This document shows positions 60,500 to 64,000 of a stretch of DNA of 64,000 nucleotides, piece by piece. The position numbers and the translations under genes were made by a program. Under the pieces are notes generated by a model, which saw only the letters and a list, made by a program, of their open reading frames with translations, was not told where the DNA came from and ran no database searches. Numbering within the stretch: position 1 is the stretch's first letter; each line of letters begins with the position of its first letter. The DNA is from Azolla caroliniana (lineage: Eukaryota; Plantae; Polypodiophyta), in assembly GCA_043228905.1 (NCBI GenBank), contig JBHGNT010000006.1, forward strand, positions 11,904,001 to 11,968,000, read 5' to 3'.

Positions 60500-62906
60500 C
60501 ACGTCACACCGGGTAGAGACTTCGACTGTCGGCATCAACAGCCAACGTAAGACCAAGATATTGACGTTGGCGGCAGGAGAACGAGACCCGGCAATGCAGA
60601 GAGTTACGGACGGGCACGGACGAGAACCGGGCGGAGTGGACAAGAACCGGGAGGAAGAGGCAGGCCTATGGGGAGGCCGGAACACGGTACATCGGTACCA
60701 CGAGAGAGGGTGCGGAGCGAGCCACCCTCTCGACATGCGAAGAAGGACAACCCGAGACAGGGTCGCGAAGGACGAGGGGCCCAAGAAGGATCCTTCACAC
60801 CGGGCTAAAGACTTCGACGGTCCGCATCGGATCCGACATAAGACCAAGATACTGATGGTGGCAGCGAGGGGACGAGGGCAACAACGACGACGACAACCGA
60901 AGACGAGCGGGGTCCTACAAGAGGACCGAAAGAACAGACAAGAGGTATAAAGCCGGCAACGTGGCCACAGACCGGAACCGGACCCGATCTACAGGGTCAG
61001 TAGGACGAAGACCGGACACGCTTGGTGAACGAGTCGGTGGCCTAACAGATCGGAGGCCCAAGAAGGATCCTTCACATTGGATCTAGAGACTTCGGCGGTT
61101 GGCATTGGATCCGACGTAAGACCAAGAGACTAACGGTGGTGGCGAGGGGATGAAGACAGTAGCAGTAGAGGCACTGAGCGGCCAAGGCGTCGAAGGACTA
61201 CAGAGGCCAGGCAAGCCAAAACAGGCAAGGGTGATCCTTCGTGGGTAGCAACACAGAAAGCTACCAAGGACACCCAAGCGGGGAACGGTGTGTCGAGTCG
61301 AAAAGGGGACACCCGGAAGTGTATCAGAAGATGTGCGTGTGGCCATCGAGGGCCGAAGTAAAGCACGGGTATGGGACAGTGTTCGACACAAGTGGTGCCA
61401 AGCAAGGAAGGTGGAAGACGGCACACAATGGTGTCGGGTTGGAAATCGGGCGCAGGATAGGCTACACACGTCGGTAGCTAGAAACGGTATCGGTGACCGA
61501 AGGAGGGTTCTCCACACCCACTTCGGAGATCTCGACGGCTCAGTCGGAGTGGCAACGACTCGCGTGGCAAGCCAAGCCCGAGATAACAAACTGGTGGGGG
61601 CGAGGGGACGACGACAAGTGTATGGCGTCGAACCAGTTGCAGTAGCGCGGAACGAAAGGGGCCAAGTAGGGCGACACGGGGTGTTCTTCGAACGTGAAGG
61701 ATACCAGTATGTGGAGAAACAATGGGCGACGACGCTGGACCCAACCAATGCGACGCGGAGGCCAAGCAGGCCACTACGGGATGTTCCTCGGACGCAGAGG
61801 AAACCGGGTATACGGGAAGCGAGGATCGTGCATACGGTCGATCAAGGGCCATGGGACGAGCACGCGTATTACAGGTTGATCAAGCCTATGGAGAGGCGAG
61901 CGCGAGGATGGAACCGGAGCTGACGGTTTGGATCGGCAGAGGCCAACACATTAGCCGGGATGCAGATTACAGAAGGCCGATTGCTCACTACGGCCAGAAT
62001 CTCTCACCCTTCTTCAGATTTGGCACGTATCGGTGGACATGCGGTTTGGTGAGGGCGGATGTCGTGAAGATTCGCGACCATAGTGGGAAAACCGGGCCTA
62101 TTGGGAATATGGGCAAGGTGCGGCGTGAGCACTTACCCTTGTATACTCGTGTAAGATAATGGGGGGTGCCTCTATGGCGCCGAATAGGAGTTAAGTTGGG
62201 ACAGAGAATCCCATGTAATAAGGGATTAATCCCACATTGTAACATCCCTCCCTCCTTGGGCTATAAAAGGAAGGGAGGGTCCCTTACAAAAGAGATGCCC
62301 ATTTTGAGTTAGGAGGGTATACCACGTAGATCTAAAGTATGGTAACTTTCTCTTCTTTCTTTCTTACTTTCTTTAGGGTTTGATCTAGGTCTTCTCCTTC
62401 ATCATCATGTGGGTTGAGTCTTCATGTCTGTTTAGGGTTTAGTCTGGTTTAGAGCTCATATGTCCTAGGGGGGTTTTGCTTTCGCTCTGTCTCCTGTGCA
62501 AGACCCTGCTCGGCGCGACTAGCCCGTGAGCTCCCCGATCGGTGGCTTGGCAGCAGAACGTTGTTGTAACCTAATCTACCTTGGTCCAGCTCAAGGCCGA
62601 AGTTGTATCTTGCTCTTGTGTATATATATAGTGAAGTTATGTGCATCTGTGTCTGTGTTGGTGTCTTTGGAGTTCCTTCTTTCTGGTCTCTGAACATAGG
62701 ATGTGTGTGTCTAGTCAATGTTCGTGCGCATCATTTCCCCTCTCTCATTCAGTTGCTCTCGGTACGTATCAGGAAACACTTTGGTTGGTGTCCTGGCCGA
62801 TCACCAGGAATGGTGAAGCTCGACCTTCCATGCTCCGTCTTTCTCAGGTCCAAGACCCCTGTGGTCTCGCCCCGGATCTAACACGCACGCGTGGATTTCC
62901 GCGACA
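60500..62906 (+). mobile_element. 3' portion of a TGTCG...CGACA-lineage gypsy element: repeat-rich internal region and 3' LTR at 62060-62906
   Basis: The pre-LTR sequence TTTGGCACGTATCGGTGGACATGCGGTTTGGTGAGGGCGGA-TGTCG is homologous to 13737-13783. TATA CTATAAAAGG at about 62261; LTR ends TTCCGCGACA. The 5' boundary is unclear. Confidence 0.7.
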
Positions 62907-64000
62907 CTGGCATTTGAAGGTGTTCGGGTGTCTTGCATACATGCATGTGGCAAAGGACAAGAGAGAAAAGTTGGATTCGAAGTCCCGACCATGCATATTC
63001 CTTGGATACGGCAATGATGAGTTCGGTTACCGGGTGTGGGATCTGATCGACAAGAAGGTGTTCCTGAGTCGGGACATAGTCTTCATGGAAGACAGGACCA
63101 TTGTCGGCTGGGAGTCGGACAAGAAGATGATCAACTCTGGATCATCCAATGAAAACCGGCCTGAGGACACAAGGACCTACCTAGTTGAGAACCGGATGTT
63201 AGCTGGTAACCGGATGACACTCGACGAACCAGCCGGATATGGATAGGAAACCGAACCGACCGAAGGAGAAGAAGAAGAAGGCATCGAAACCGGACAAGAT
63301 CCCAAATCGGATTCGGAACAAACGGAGGAACCAGTGATCAGAAACCAAGGACGGAGATATCCTCTCCGAGAGAGAAGAGCCCCCCGGAGATTTCTGGATG
63401 AAGAGGACATGTTGCTAACCGATGAGGGGGAGCCGGAAAGCTTCGAAGAAGCAAAGAGAGACACCCACAGCCGCAAGTGGTTGAGTGCCATTCGGATGAG
63501 ATGGATTCCCTGCATGAGAACCACACATATGAACTGACAGAGTTGCCGAAAGGGAAGAGAGGACTTCGGAACAAGTGGGTCTACAAGCTGAAACAAGGAG
63601 ATGCTAGAAATCCACCAAGGTAAAAGGCTTGAATCGTGGTGAAGGGCTTCCAGCATAAGAAAGGAGTGGACTTCGATGAGATCTTTTCCCCGGTAGTAAA
63701 GATGACATCCATCCGTATGGTATTTGGGCATAGCGGCAAGCATGGACCTTGAGGTAGAGCAACTGGACGTCAAGACGGCATTCCTACATGGCAACCTCGA
63801 AGAAGAGATCCACATGCATCAACCGGAAGGATTTGAGAAGAAAGGGAAGAAGCACCTGGTGTGCCAGCTGAAGAAGAGCTTAAGCAAGCTCCCGAACAAT
63901 GGTACTGGAAGTTCAACTCCTTCATGACCGACCAAGGGTACCACAAGATGCAGACCGATCACTATGTGTTTGTGAAGAAATTTGACGGAGGACATTTCTT
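62907..64000 (+). mobile_element. Degenerate Ty1/copia (Tnt1/Tork-like) integrase C-terminus and RT
   Basis: HLKVFGCLAY, KLDSKSRPCIFLGY, SRDIVF, GEPESFEEA, EQLDVKTAFLHG; runs off the window. Confidence 0.9.

Overview
Eukaryotic plant nuclear DNA. The long PLS-class PPR gene, the TE families and the (GA)n-rich intergenic DNA look fern-like, but this is inference. Positions 1-34.6 kb are a deeply nested LTR-retrotransposon pile: two degenerate Ty1/copia copies of one family, Athila/Tat-like and chromovirus Ty3/gypsy pieces, a very young non-autonomous chromovirus (14902-19353), and several members of a tRNA-Trp-primed gypsy lineage with TGTCG...CGACA LTRs. Positions 35.2-39.9 kb are an apparently intact hAT DNA transposon that carries a captured PPR gene fragment. 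The rest holds LINE remnants and three host genes: URM1 (4 exons), a PERK-type proline-rich receptor kinase (8 exons) and a 1037-aa PLS-E PPR gene. More LTR-element DNA follows. The most striking signal is the Trp-primed gypsy lineage. All of its readable insertion sites are 4-bp CpG-centred targets, two members carry a tRNA-like Pol III A/B-box module in their LTRs, and the full-length copy has a -1 frameshift signal after the protease. Also notable are a five-unit hairpin array inside a putative leader intron of the young chromovirus and an LTR with a perfect heat-shock element beside its TATA box.
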